64,000 nucleotides of DNA, taken from the NCBI GenBank assembly GCA_001949185.1, contig BDGG01000002.1:1727631-1791630 (forward strand), given 5' to 3'. This DNA comes from Ramazzottius varieornatus (Eukaryota; Animalia; Tardigrada). Made by a program: the position numbers and the translations under genes. Shown here piece after piece: positions 33,301 to 45,003 of this stretch (its first letter is position 1; each line of letters starts with the position of its first letter). Under the pieces are notes generated by a model, which had not been told where the DNA came from, did not search any database, and worked only from the letters and a program-made list of their open reading frames with translations.

Positions 33301-36300
33301 GTGGCGCATGCGATCATACAGTGACAATGAAAACGTGCGCCAGTTACAGAAAAGTTCTTATACGATCTGTTAACCGATCTCTCAAATACGTATTGCGCCA
33401 AAGACACTTTGCTTACTGGATATTCCTCAATATTCCGCTCGAATCTTCCGCCTTGCCAGTTTGCGATTTCCGGCGGTTGGGTTTCTTCACGGCGTCTTCG
33501 ATTCTGATGTATGACTCCGTTCGACTCCTGAGAACGTGTTCATAATCGAAATGCAATCAGCGTTTTATTTCCACATTGTAAATTAATCAAATGTTTCGCG
33601 GCGTTTGCCTTACCAGCGACGTCCACTTCGTTTCGGAGTAGATAAAGAAGAAGCATCTTTGCCGCCCGCAGTTGATCCACTTGATCCAGACATCTGGTGC
33701 AAGGCTGCTGCAAACTCTTTTCCGTTCTCGGGTGGGTCGCCATTGCCGAACGTACTGGTGATCACCAGAACCAATTGCTCATCCTTCAGATTCTGTACGT
33801 CGTACTCGTTAGCCGCGACGACGTTGACATCAAAGACCTACAGCGTTGCCAACTCACTGCGCGACTTGGGCACAAACTACGAAATATGAACCGTGTCTGG
33901 TAACATCAGTTCTTTCATACCTTTTTGAGAACGTCACCCATCATGAGGGCGAACTTATTGGACTTTCCAGTTTCGGAAGCGTAAATGACCGTGGCGCGAA
34001 CTTTGTCGGCAGCAGAGAGCTGTAGCTGCGGAACCTGGCTGGACCGGCTCGACCCCTGTCTATTCTGCAAGGTAGAAACGCCATCAATGACACTTTTCTA
34101 GCCGGTAGTTTCATCTGAGGTACGATACGAGGCTGTTAAGAGAGCCCTACAGATTTAGCGCTGGAACTTGTGCGGACTACCGGCTGCGCCAGTTTCTTGT
34201 CACGCCAGACATGATGCCTGTAGGGAGGGTCTTGGTACTCGTAGCTGGGAGTCAGACGGTACTCGATCATCTCTTGATGGAAGACTGGTAGCAAACTACC
34301 CCCCAACGGTGGTACAATCCAAATCTACGATGGATTACACACTATTTGCAGGTTTAGACCGCATGCAGTTTAGTCATGACATACCCAATCGGCTGGACAC
34401 CCTCCTCGCAATCGCTGTAACAAACGCAGATCAAATGTTCATGAACCAAATCCAGCCTGGAATTTAGGTAGCGGTACTGCACTACCGGCTATCCTCACCT
34501 GTTCGTTCTGAAGATGTGTCATGAAGGAGTCCGATATGGAATGATGGTCGGAAATGGTCACTTTTGCAACTTGCTGAGACAATCAAAAAGATTCATGAAA
34601 CCAAGACCGAGATACTTCGCTGCACTTAAACAGGCAACTGTACCTGGAAGCTATAGAGAACAGCGCGGTTGACCTCAAGGAACGTCTGATCTTTCCACAA
34701 AGAGGACAGCTTGCTGGTATCGAAGCCAAAGACACTAGCCAAGTCTTCCAAGAGGTTGTAGCGGTTGGCGTCACAGAAGTCACGCGCGACCTCGGTTTGC
34801 AAGTACCACCCTGAAACACAAAACGCCTGTTGAAGCCTCGATGTCTAGTCGGTATACGGGTACGGGTAACATTACGTACCACTAAAAGCACATGCCGGAA
34901 AAATCTGGCCGCCAATGTCCAGAAACATGTTGGCTACTGCTGGCAAAGCGTACCATCTTAAACCCATTTCCGCAAACTCTGGATACCTGAAGAAAAGGGT
35001 GGTTGACTGACTGGCATGATCATTTGACGAAACGAACGGTATACTCGGGGTGAGCGAGGTCAACTTCCAGAACGGCATCTTTGGGGATCTCAAAGTACTG
35101 CGGGTCTTGACCATTTGCTTGCAGAACTAAGGGAAGGACGTCAAAACGTCCACCGGGTCCGTGCCATCCTAATCTTTGACAAACCTATGGTGTAAAACAA
35201 ATCACTTGATTTTTCATTGAAAGAATGACAAGCAATTTTTGCTCTGTTGACATAACAATAATCACAATAGCACAAGCCATCGAGCGGCGCGTGATGTAAG
35301 TGACTAGCAATAGCTGAAACAGCATCTGCAGAAACTGACCAGCCAAACTTGAGTAACAGTTTTGACATCAGCGTTTCTCACAGGTATCGGTGTCAGTCAC
35401 TGTAAGTTTGTTACGACCCACCAGATGACACACCTTTCCCCGTCGGAAAACAGGACATTCATTATAGCAACGGAAATTCCGTACCTCGGTAAATTCCACG
35501 TTGGCAGGATCTCCGACGATGCTGCCGTCGGGCATTTTATACCCGGCATAGCGAACGAGCTGGGCATTCCAGATGCGAAAGTCGTCTTCTGGGCCGTTCA
35601 TGCGTTGTCGGAACAAAGTACAGGCGGAGCGGAGGTTACCTCCGTTCGTAGCGTAACGAATGTGCTTGACCAGAACGTCGAACATTTTCTTCGGGGTATC
35701 GCAATCTCGGCCATCGAAAAACTGCAGTAAACCCAGCAGTCAAGATTTCCTACTCGCCCTAGAAAACCCGCGATGAAATTACCTGAAGATTTGACCACTG
35801 AATACGGCCAATACAGCGTTGGGCGTTGCGCCAAGCTGTTCTAGCACCGAAGTACAGTTCGGGCGGTTCGAACTCGTAGGATCCCTTGGACAAGATGTCG
35901 TTCTCTACGTCTGCCCATCGTTCCCTGTGTGCCGAACTATCCAGCCTGCAAAAAGAAACCGAATTTGAGGTCCCTTGAATGAGACGCAAAAAGATCGGGT
36001 AGGTCTAAGAACAATTCATAACAACAATCTCCTGTTTTTGCCGGCTGGCGCGGATGGTTAATGACATCGTTGTGGGTTAGAATTAGAGCGCTATATGATC
36101 GTTTTCGAACTCAGCACCTCGGAGGCTCAGACCTCTTCATAATAAGACCAGAAGTAAGCTTACTGCTTGATATTCTCAAAGTACTGCTTGAAGAAGTCCT
36201 TGGTCTCTCGCAGAACCTCCTCTTGAGTACGGTTGGGGATACCGACTGGCTTGTCGGATTTCATCAGCGAAGCTGCGCACGTTGTTGCATCGCATTCCAC

Positions 36301-37440
36301 ACGCTACAAGGAATAAATAATGTAGCTACACAGTGAGAAGTCAGAAACGTAACCATCTTGAAGTTTATAATGATACGTTAGCTCACATTGCGACTTTTGT
36401 AGTGAAGGGTATCGACGATGGTTTTCCCGTCCAGCACATTGATCAGCTCCATAGGTTCCTGCGGGGTTTCTTTGTTTGAGCCCGCTGAGCTGGAAGATTT
36501 TGCAAGCTTTACAGGCTGACTGTCGGCGTTCCTTTTAGAGACCTGCATCGAGCGCGGGCCACCATTTGTGACGGGTGCCGGTCTCCGGTCCGTAAATGCC
36601 CGCCCATTGCCTGCATCCTCCTCTGTGTCTTCCTCTGTTTCCGGAATAGCATTCCGTCCGTCGCGGAAAACGTTGCGCTGTCGCGGAGGCTGTCTGGAGG
36701 AGTCTATGCGGACCAACGTAAGATTACTAAGTGACCCGAGTATCATTCAAGATCATAAATCAACTTAAATCAAAAAATCCTAAAATTCCATTCCAGTCTG
36801 AAGGAAATTTACCGATCGACTTCCCTAAACCGGAAGGCTAGCGAGATTTTCGTCGTAATAGAGTTTTCTCATTCAAAACCTTATTACCGTGATTGCCGTT
36901 TGTGAAAGACTTGCTCGATCTGACAGCTGTCTTCCCAAAACCATTTGAGGATCGCTGTAACTGGGACCCACGAGCTTGCGGTTGATCGTCCTCGTCGTCG
37001 TCATCGTGATCCGATAAGTCCGATTCCTGAAAAATGGTGTGTCCCTGCTTGCCTTTCTTGACTTTCATCCGGCCCCGAAGGCTACTCAATAGATCCATCT
37101 TGGCTTGTTCGGTAGCTTCCACCGTTTCGTAGTCAAGGATGGAGAGCTGCGAGTCCAGCCGACCGCGTTTCGGCGGGCCTTTCAGCATCAGCGAAACCCG
37201 TTGACCAGTCGGAATCTGATCGACCAACCGTAAAATCTGATCGAAGGTCAGGTCTTCAACGTCGACGGAATTGACTGCGCTGATATGATATCCCACTCCG
37301 ACCACCACCGGATCGCCGCCGGGCGCGGCTCCGGAGACCACTGCTCGGTCATTCTCGGCTCGCAGCAGGAAGCCAAACGGTCCTGGCGAGCTTCGCTTGG
37401 TCACCCGTAACTCGATCACATTATAGGCATCGCGATCCAT
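30322..37440 (-). CDS. NOS: Nitric oxide synthase with N-terminal PDZ domain, many exons
   Basis: PDZ ([16 protein letters not shown]..), Zn motif CDATTC, heme Cys [51 protein letters not shown] / [12 protein letters not shown] / [61 protein letters not shown]; ends [13 protein letters not shown] (stop 30322-30324). Confidence 0.96.
33299..33345. repeat. N27 palindrome unit (NOS intron)
   Basis: AAGTGGCGCA-N27-TGCGCCAGTT. Confidence 0.75.
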
Positions 37441-40400
37441 CTTTTCGAAAAACTACACAACGTCGCACAGGAGAGTGAGGGAACTTTCCGCGGACATCAC
37501 GTCTCGGAATTGTACGCTGGGGTTGCTACTCTGCACATATATCTTCAGTGTTTGGGGCAAGAGTTGATTGAACGTAAATGAATCGGATGAGAAGATGAAT
37601 AGGAATGCTGATTAAGGTTTTCGGGGTTGGGGGCGACGTTTGTGCGAACAGAGGACACGGCATTTGTTGTCGTTTGATAAGTGCTTACAACCATGATGAT
37701 GAAGGACCAACTACGTTTCGCAAGTGGTTGTTTCTCATAAGACAGACCCATCAGCGGAAGCTTTCGATCTGCTCTTTGTCACAGATGATCTGCTGATTTT
37801 AAATAACAATATGAGCACGCTTTTGACCGCCTACAGTAAACACTTCTCAAGCGACTGTGATAACAACGCCAATGGTCGCGTAACACGTGCGCATGCAGGT
37901 TCCGCTCTGTCAAATCCATTCTCACAGTACCACGGTCCTTCTACAGCATGAGAATACAGACACCAGAATACCGACGTCCAAACAATGTCAGAATTCTGGT
38001 ACATGTATATAAACTCAACTGCATTTGGTGCATTTTCATGATGCAGCTCGTCACCGTCGCCGTTTGCTTCTCGGGCAGTCTTCGTCTTGGCTGCCTCTGC
38101 CACTGTCCCCGTCGGGAGGTTTTCCTGTCCCATTGGCCATGGCACATGAGCTGCAGTGGGCAGGTTGCGGCCCACGCGCTCACTTCGCTACGCCGCGATC
38201 AGCTGATCGGTGGACGATCGCATTTCTACTTGTGTGCGCGTCTGACTCACGAGGGCGGGACGACTGAGTTCAGAATGACACGCCTTTTCACGTTGCTGTT
38301 TCTCCTACAAGAGTTGTGGCCAGAGTTCCAAAATTCTACACAAAGTGCGAAATGAAAAAGTGCGTAAACCGAAACTTTGGCAAAGCAAGGTGGGTGGTTT
38401 AACACTCTGCGTACGACCGTCCTTTTTCTGTATACAATCACTCAGTTCTATTCACCTTCCAGTTTCAGCTTTAGGTCTTTCGGGTCTGGGTCTTTTTGTT
38501 TGCGTGTACCTCGGTCTTCTCACCAAAGCAACACTAATGACCAGCGGTCAGCAAAACCCCAGCACGCTGGAAATTTTTTCTACGGTTTCGAGTGGTTTTG
38601 GTGAAATTTGGTGTTTCGTCTCTTCGCACGAGACACGTGCACGGTATTCCCTTAGGAAAACTGCAGCACTGGGGACAGTCTTATCTATCGAAGCCAAGGC
38701 TGGGATAAATTTTGTAGTCATCAGTGCGGTCAGAAGAAAATCAAGACGAACAGTTCTCCCTTTTGAGATTTAACGTTCATGGCCTGCCAGTTATCCGAAT
38801 TTTGAAATTTCGAAAATTGCCTATTGGTTGGACCAGCCCCCGCAACACGCTACCAGCCAATAAAATTCCTGTATACACGAAGAGAACGGTAGTATTCTGC
38901 AAACATGAAAACGGTCGTGCTGAAAGTGTCGAGAAACTTGGGCAGGACTTTTCAATGAAATAATTTCGGCACACACGAGCCCTACACACTTGTCACCTAT
39001 GCCCTATTCGAATCAAAAAGAACTGAATTTTTGAGCTAAAGAAGCATCGAATATGCTGTTTTCATGTTTTTAAAAAGAGCTTTTTCTGTATCTGAAAACA
39101 AGCAGTTTTGGAAACCGAAATGATGTTTGTTCAGTATCAGAAAAGGTTCGAATTGTCTGTTCTTTTAAGCAGAAAAATGGCGTGATTCAGGCACAGATTT
39201 CACTGTTTTTCTCAGCTAAAGCAAAAACGAAAAACATGATTTCCGGTGAAAAATTCATTTCCTCCGAAACGAACCAAAACCGCGCAAAAACTTCGTAAAA
39301 CACCGCACTACGACAGGTATGAAACTGCATTAAATTTAGCGAAAAGTTCGACAAAGATCGCAGAAAGCCAAAATACATGGAAAACTGGAAATCGTGGATT
39401 CAGTCTCACCGTGTCGAGTTCGAACCAATCTTAAGTATGCCACAACACGGGCAAGAACAGATAAGATATGCAAAGACAAGTTAGGAAGGTTATGTCCCGG
39501 CTGCAGATGGGTTGACCTGTGGACAAGAAGCAGTGATCATTCATCAAGCAGCAGGAATATACGCCAGCCGACATCAAAATTCCATAGAAAAGCAAAATAT
39601 TCCAAGGAGCAAATTCAAAATGGCCGCCTGCTCAAAATAGAAGTACTGAATCAAGCCAGGCTCGATTGATTCAAGCCAGGGAAATTGCCAGCTGTACCAG
39701 TGAGGCTCCGCCTCCATCCGTTTTCTGTCTGGCCTAAGCTTTCTTAACACCCTGGCGACCAAGGTAGATACGCAGTGTCCCAGCGTACAGTAGAACTGCT
39801 ATGAAAAATTCTGTCTGGTGTTCTTGCCGGTGGAACTGTCTCCAACTTATAAGCTTACTATTTTCCGCAAGCTTTCTTGTTGAGATGTTATTCCCGAGTG
39901 CGATGAAATATCCATCAGGTCTTCATTACACTGCCCAAACTACAGACTATTCCGGTTCCATCCAGATTTGTTGTTTCTCACATATAAAAGGGACAGGCAG
40001 CTAGGCTGTTCATCACTCCGTCGGCCTGTTCATCAGATTCACCCGGTCATCCCCGTCCGTCAATGTCAGTACGTACCCAGGTTTGCTCTTTCCATGACTA
40101 CTCCTAAAGGTTTCCTAAAGGTTCTAGCTGTAACGTTAATGTTATCAATGGGACTGGCCAAACTGAACCTTGCGTTTTTCTTGGCAGTGAAATAAATTTC
40201 GGTTTGCTGACTATGCAGTGATAGTTAGAGGGTGGACAGTGTAAGTAAGGGGCAGCGTACAGTACTTGTCTGGAGAAGCTTGGACAGAACGAATCACTCC
40301 ATATATGGACTGCGCAACATGAGACCCAACTAGCGGCAGTTTCATGTGAGCGAAACAAAGTGATATGGGATCAACACAAGGTCGTCAGCTGGTGCCTCCT

Positions 40401-40806
40401 GCTTCCCGCTGATTAACCTTCACGCGTCTCGCTATTGCGAGATCCCCAAACTCGAACGGTATTGACCAGAGATCAAGTGTCGATCCTTTCCACAAGGGGA
40501 AACACTTGTGCCATGTGGTTTCAATTAAGAGAGCTTTTCAGGAACAGCTAGGCACTCTCCAGAGCAAACATTCAAACAATTCGGAATGATCGGACAGTAA
40601 GTGTGCTTGCGCAGTACGATCGAAAACACACGGAAATACATCTGAGGCAGGTATGTGTGAGCAATCCTTCCTTATAAATAAAGGGAATCCCAAAATTCAA
40701 AGCCGTTTTTTCGTGCTTTACTCGCGTGCAGGCATCTTCGAAGCTCGGCTTCTGAGTTAGGAAAGTTCTAGCAGTACAGATTTGCATGCTCCTCCGAACT
40801 AATATT

Positions 40807-42614
40807 ATGGCGTTAGAGCCGGATCAAGCGCTCATTCATATGGTAACCGATGTTATTAGCGAAAGTCACTTGTCCTACCTTCGTTTTTCTGGGCTGTATC
40901 CGTCATCATGGAGAGTTGCCAGAATGGGCAAAAGCCATTCGAAACCGTCATGGGCGTTGATTTGGACGCACTGTGTTGCGGTTCTCATTTCCGCATTGGC
41001 GGTTGTAAGCCTGACGGATTATACAATGTAAGTGACTGGCTCTGTTGTACACAACAGTAAGGGTTGCGATACCTGAGTATGTAATACTTTACTGAATGTC
41101 GAGATTTGCTTGATAGGTATTTCATAAAAGACATAGCCAAGATGGAATTCTTTCGTTTTATGACCTTCACACTTCGCTTAGCCTTGACCGAACAAACGGT
41201 CAGTATCTTTGTTATTTTCATATGGAAACGACGAGAAATATCGGAGCTGCTGCTGGACATGTCGCGGATTCTGACCTGGATGGAAAAGAGGTATTCATTG
41301 CGTTTGAGGCGTATTCGAAACGTCAGCGCCCTCCTGGCTTTCATCTGGATCGGTTTTTGGCTGGGTGTTCACGTGATCGGATATATTACGTTCCAAATAC
41401 AGGAAGACCTTTCGACTTTGTTCGGTTTCACTAGGCAAGCTCGCTTTCTTTCCTTGGTTGGTGCGCAGGTTCCAGCTTACGTGGATGACATTGTGGGCGG
41501 AGCCACTCTCTTGATCAATACTCACACTGAATTGGTGGCAGCAACCTTTGTATATTCGATTATTGCTTTGATGATCACTGGATTTACACACGTGCTACAA
41601 GATCTGCAGAAGGTTGCTATTCTTCCATCCGAGAAGGAGCAAGTGATAGCTGTGCAGAAAGCATGCCGGCTGTATTTGAGATTTCGAACACTGACTGCCA
41701 AGTTTAACAAGTGTTTCGCTCTTTTGTTTGCAATATTCTTTAGTCGAGACGTCTGGTCTTTTCTGGTCGTTTACGCCGTTGCGCTAAGGATAGACAAGCT
41801 GCAAGGTCCCGAGGAAAGCCAGCACATGTTCGAGTACCGTAAGAAGAAAGATTTCGATCACGGCCGACATGATATCATTGTTGGCAGCATCGGTTTGGGC
41901 AATGCCGCGTTGAAGCATCTGCTGTGTCTTTACTGCCATATAACCGTAAGTCTAACGACAGGTTTACAAGGTATAAAAACGATGCATGATGTGACCGGTT
42001 TGTGTTTTGAGCTAAATTTATCATTCGTTCAATTTCAAATAGATCGTTATTTTAAGCCGCGCACTTTTCTAGCCAGCAACCGAGAAAACTGTGCCACTTA
42101 GAAGAACGATCACTGCGAGATTGTTTGTCGGTCTGGCAAATCTATTAATCTATCAACGACAGAAAGCTAGTCATGGTCTTGTGCCTAGGTTCGAGACATA
42201 GTTATGGTCTTGGAGGAGTTGGAAGACAAGATCGAATCGCAAGATGTCCAAGCAGAAGTCACGGAGATGCTGAGCAAAATTCAATCGTGCAGTGGCGCCA
42301 TCTCGGCTGGCGGCGTTCACATTACCACTGAATCTGCAATGGCTGTGCGTGATGTCACTCTTCGCAATCCGATGTTCCTAACGCTTACTTCTACTTGGTT
42401 TTGAGCGGGTGATTGCCACTGTTTGATGACACTAGCATCTTTCTTTTCATCACAGGTACTCGGTATGCTAGCGAGCTATGCTGTCATAATCTACCAGACG
42501 CGCGACGCAGCTCTTGGTGACCAAGAATACGCGAAGAAGACGGACCTACCGCAACTGGCCGAAATGATACGTGGCCTTATGCAAAATACCTCCACAAGCG
42601 ATATAAAATTTTAG
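40807..42614 (+). CDS. Gustatory-receptor-like (7TM chemoreceptor ion channel family) protein
   Basis: YLRFSGLYP near the N-terminus, several hydrophobic helices, C-terminal ISAGGVHIT..|VLGMLASYAVIIYQ matching the GR TM7 TYhhhhhQ motif; short 3' exons typical of GR genes. Confidence 0.75.
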
Positions 42615-42705
42615 CACAGAATAGCGTCAACATCTCCTATCATAATATGCGTGCAAATTAGTGTGGATACTCTAAAGCCTCATGATCAGTGGAATTCGAA
42701 ACTCA

Positions 42706-42991
42706 CGAGGGGATTATGCCTGTCCCCACCTCTTTTTGGTCAAACTGTCCTGGCCGAACGAGAGAGGAGAGTCTCTTCTAGGATCCTGGAACAAACTACA
42801 GGGACTCGGAAGTGAAAGTCCATNNNNNNNNNNNNNNNNNNNNNNNNNNNNNNNNNNNNNNNNNNNNNNNNNNATGGACTTTCACTTCCGAGTCCCTGTA
42901 GTTTGTTCCAGGATCCTAGAAGAGACTCTCCTCTCTCGTTCGGCCAGGACAGTTTGACCAAAAAGAGGTGGGGACAGGCATAATCCCCTCG
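42706..42991. mobile_element. DNA transposon/MITE with >=118-bp identical TIRs and 3-bp TSD (TCA); centre is an assembly gap
   Basis: 42706-42823 is the exact reverse complement of 42874-42991; TCA flanks both ends (42703-42705, 42992-42994). Confidence 0.75.
42824..42873. other. Assembly gap (50 N)
   Basis: Run of n characters. Confidence 1.
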
Positions 42992-44437
42992 TCAGACCTT
43001 GCAAGTCTGGCCTTCGTAAATTTTTTTCGATCCATCTGTCCATCTGGTCGTTCAATCCACCTTCCAGCACACTTTTCCATGCACCGGTTTCGCCTGTAGA
43101 TAGATGAACCCACTGCATCGGGCAATTTCATTTGTTCCATAATTCGAGGCAGTAAGAACAATGGCCTACCTTTTCGCATATAGGGTGAGACTTTAAAGTC
43201 CATCACCCCATAGTTTTTGTCCTGCTCTTGTCTGTTGGTCATCGGGTTGTCCTTCATAGATTCGAAGGAGCATTCGCGGCAGATAGTCTCAATCTGATCT
43301 TTAGTCAAATCCTTCTTGAGGAACTTCGCGATCTGAGTGACTTCGGTGAACGTGTCTCTCTTCAAACGCTCGAACGAACAAATGTATAAGTTTTCCTTGT
43401 TGGGGATATTCCAATAGCTCGCCAGCTGATCAAAGTAGGGGGCCATACCAGGCTGGGCGCTTTGGCAGTCCGTCGGTTAACTGTTCGACAAAGTACGGAA
43501 TTTCGTGGTTGTATTGCACGGCCTCCAAACCGCGCAGCCAGTGGTGCATCAAGACTGCCACGTCTTTCGGGTTCCTGTACATGTAAATCATCTACGACAA
43601 AGGTAATTTGCCTTTAAGAAATTGTGGACGAGTTGACAGCACTCAGCTATGCACAGGAAGATCAGCGAAAGACCGGCAAATCGAGCGCACAGATTCCTGA
43701 TTGTAAGTGGCGCACAGTTCCAGTCGGCAACGGTAACCGAATGCGCCACTTGAGCGATCATGCGTTTCGGTTGCCAGCCTGCAAAGTTGAACTGCACCTG
43801 GGCTTTCTGCCAGATGCTTTGGGGAAATCCGTCAGCAGGTAAGTGGGTGGAGTAGAGACGAGGTGAGGGCATGCCAGCCAGACGGTTGATGTTCCACAAC
43901 TCAGGCTTCGCCATTTGCGATGGAATGACCTGCTCGATGAAAGGAACAGTTTCGCGGAGAGGCTTACCCGAGTGTAGGCATTGTGGATCAGCGTTGTTCG
44001 TAATCATGAGCACGATAGCTGCCATCCATTGCGACCCTGGAAAAAAACAGAACTCCCGCAACTGCTTGATCGGCTCTCTAGAACGTACCTGATTTTGGGT
44101 ACGAAGCGGAACAGATGTCGCCCTCAAGCGCTTCGAACCGCTCAATGTCACCGCTCTTAATTGGCAGGTTCCAGGGCTGCGGTACTGCAATGCCTTTGTA
44201 CCTGAAACTAGAAAATTTTATGCAGAAATCAGAAAATCGTTAACGGTTGTAGGGCGTCAACAATGGACTAGACGACTACTTTTACCAGTAAAAGTCATCG
44301 TCGTACGGGATACTGAAACAAAACTGCTGCCTAGTTGGGGAACGTGATTCCGGCTCCGATGTCTCACTACCCTCTATTGTGTTGTGAGGATCATGGCCGT
44401 CGTTCTGACCGATAAAAGCGGAAGGAGGGGAAGTCAT
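42882..44437 (-). CDS. Cytosolic-type sulfotransferase; C-terminus altered by transposon insertion, possibly decaying
   Basis: 5'-PSB loop ASYPKSG|SQW, PRLYSTHLP, YMYRNPKDVAV, SFERLKRD, CSFESMKDN, YMRKG|ETGAWK. Confidence 0.85.
43705..43751. repeat. N27 palindrome unit (sulfotransferase intron)
   Basis: Perfect arms AAGTGGCGCA-N27-TGCGCCACTT. Confidence 0.8.
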
Positions 44438-45003
44438 GGTTTTGCACACATAGAAGTCACAAAAATTAAACAGAATTCTCTCGACGACGACGACTCCGTA
44501 ACTGTTCAAACTAATACAGCATATTTTGTTCTTGGAGAGTTCTTTGCGCAAAATATTGCCAATAATCACACATCGGAAGTGGCGGCTCGATCACGGCAGG
44601 TCAGAATAATAGCACCCGAACACACCAAAGGCATCTTTGGTGCTGGATAGACGAATCACCATTTGCTTCAGGCTATGGTTTCGTTACTTAATCACATTCT
44701 TTTTTTTGGTCCCTCTATAGAGTGCAAGGCTGTCGAGACGTAACTCCGGGTCGCGTTTTTCTCTTTTTGAGTTTTAATGGTAGTCATGAAAGCACTTCAT
44801 GAAGTACTGTGCTACAGTATCATCATAGTACTATGTGGTCTGTTAAACATGATGTTAACAAAATTCAGCAATATGTTGAATTTTGAATTTTGATGTATGT
44901 TCAGGAGCGCGGTCAAGACTAAAGAAGCAAAACGTTCTGATTCTCTAAATGCAAAAAGTTATTACGGTGGAAGTCCGCAAAGCTTAACGGGTGAATTAAT
45001 TCG

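Noticed and set aside
42682-42961. Mirror ORFs containing X runs across the gap
   Set aside because: Artefacts of translating the inverted repeats through the N run.
44604-44650. Plus-strand IIAPEHTKG resembling MFS paralog B IVAPEHTRG
   Set aside because: Only about 9 codons; cannot be told from chance, though it could be an inverted remnant.
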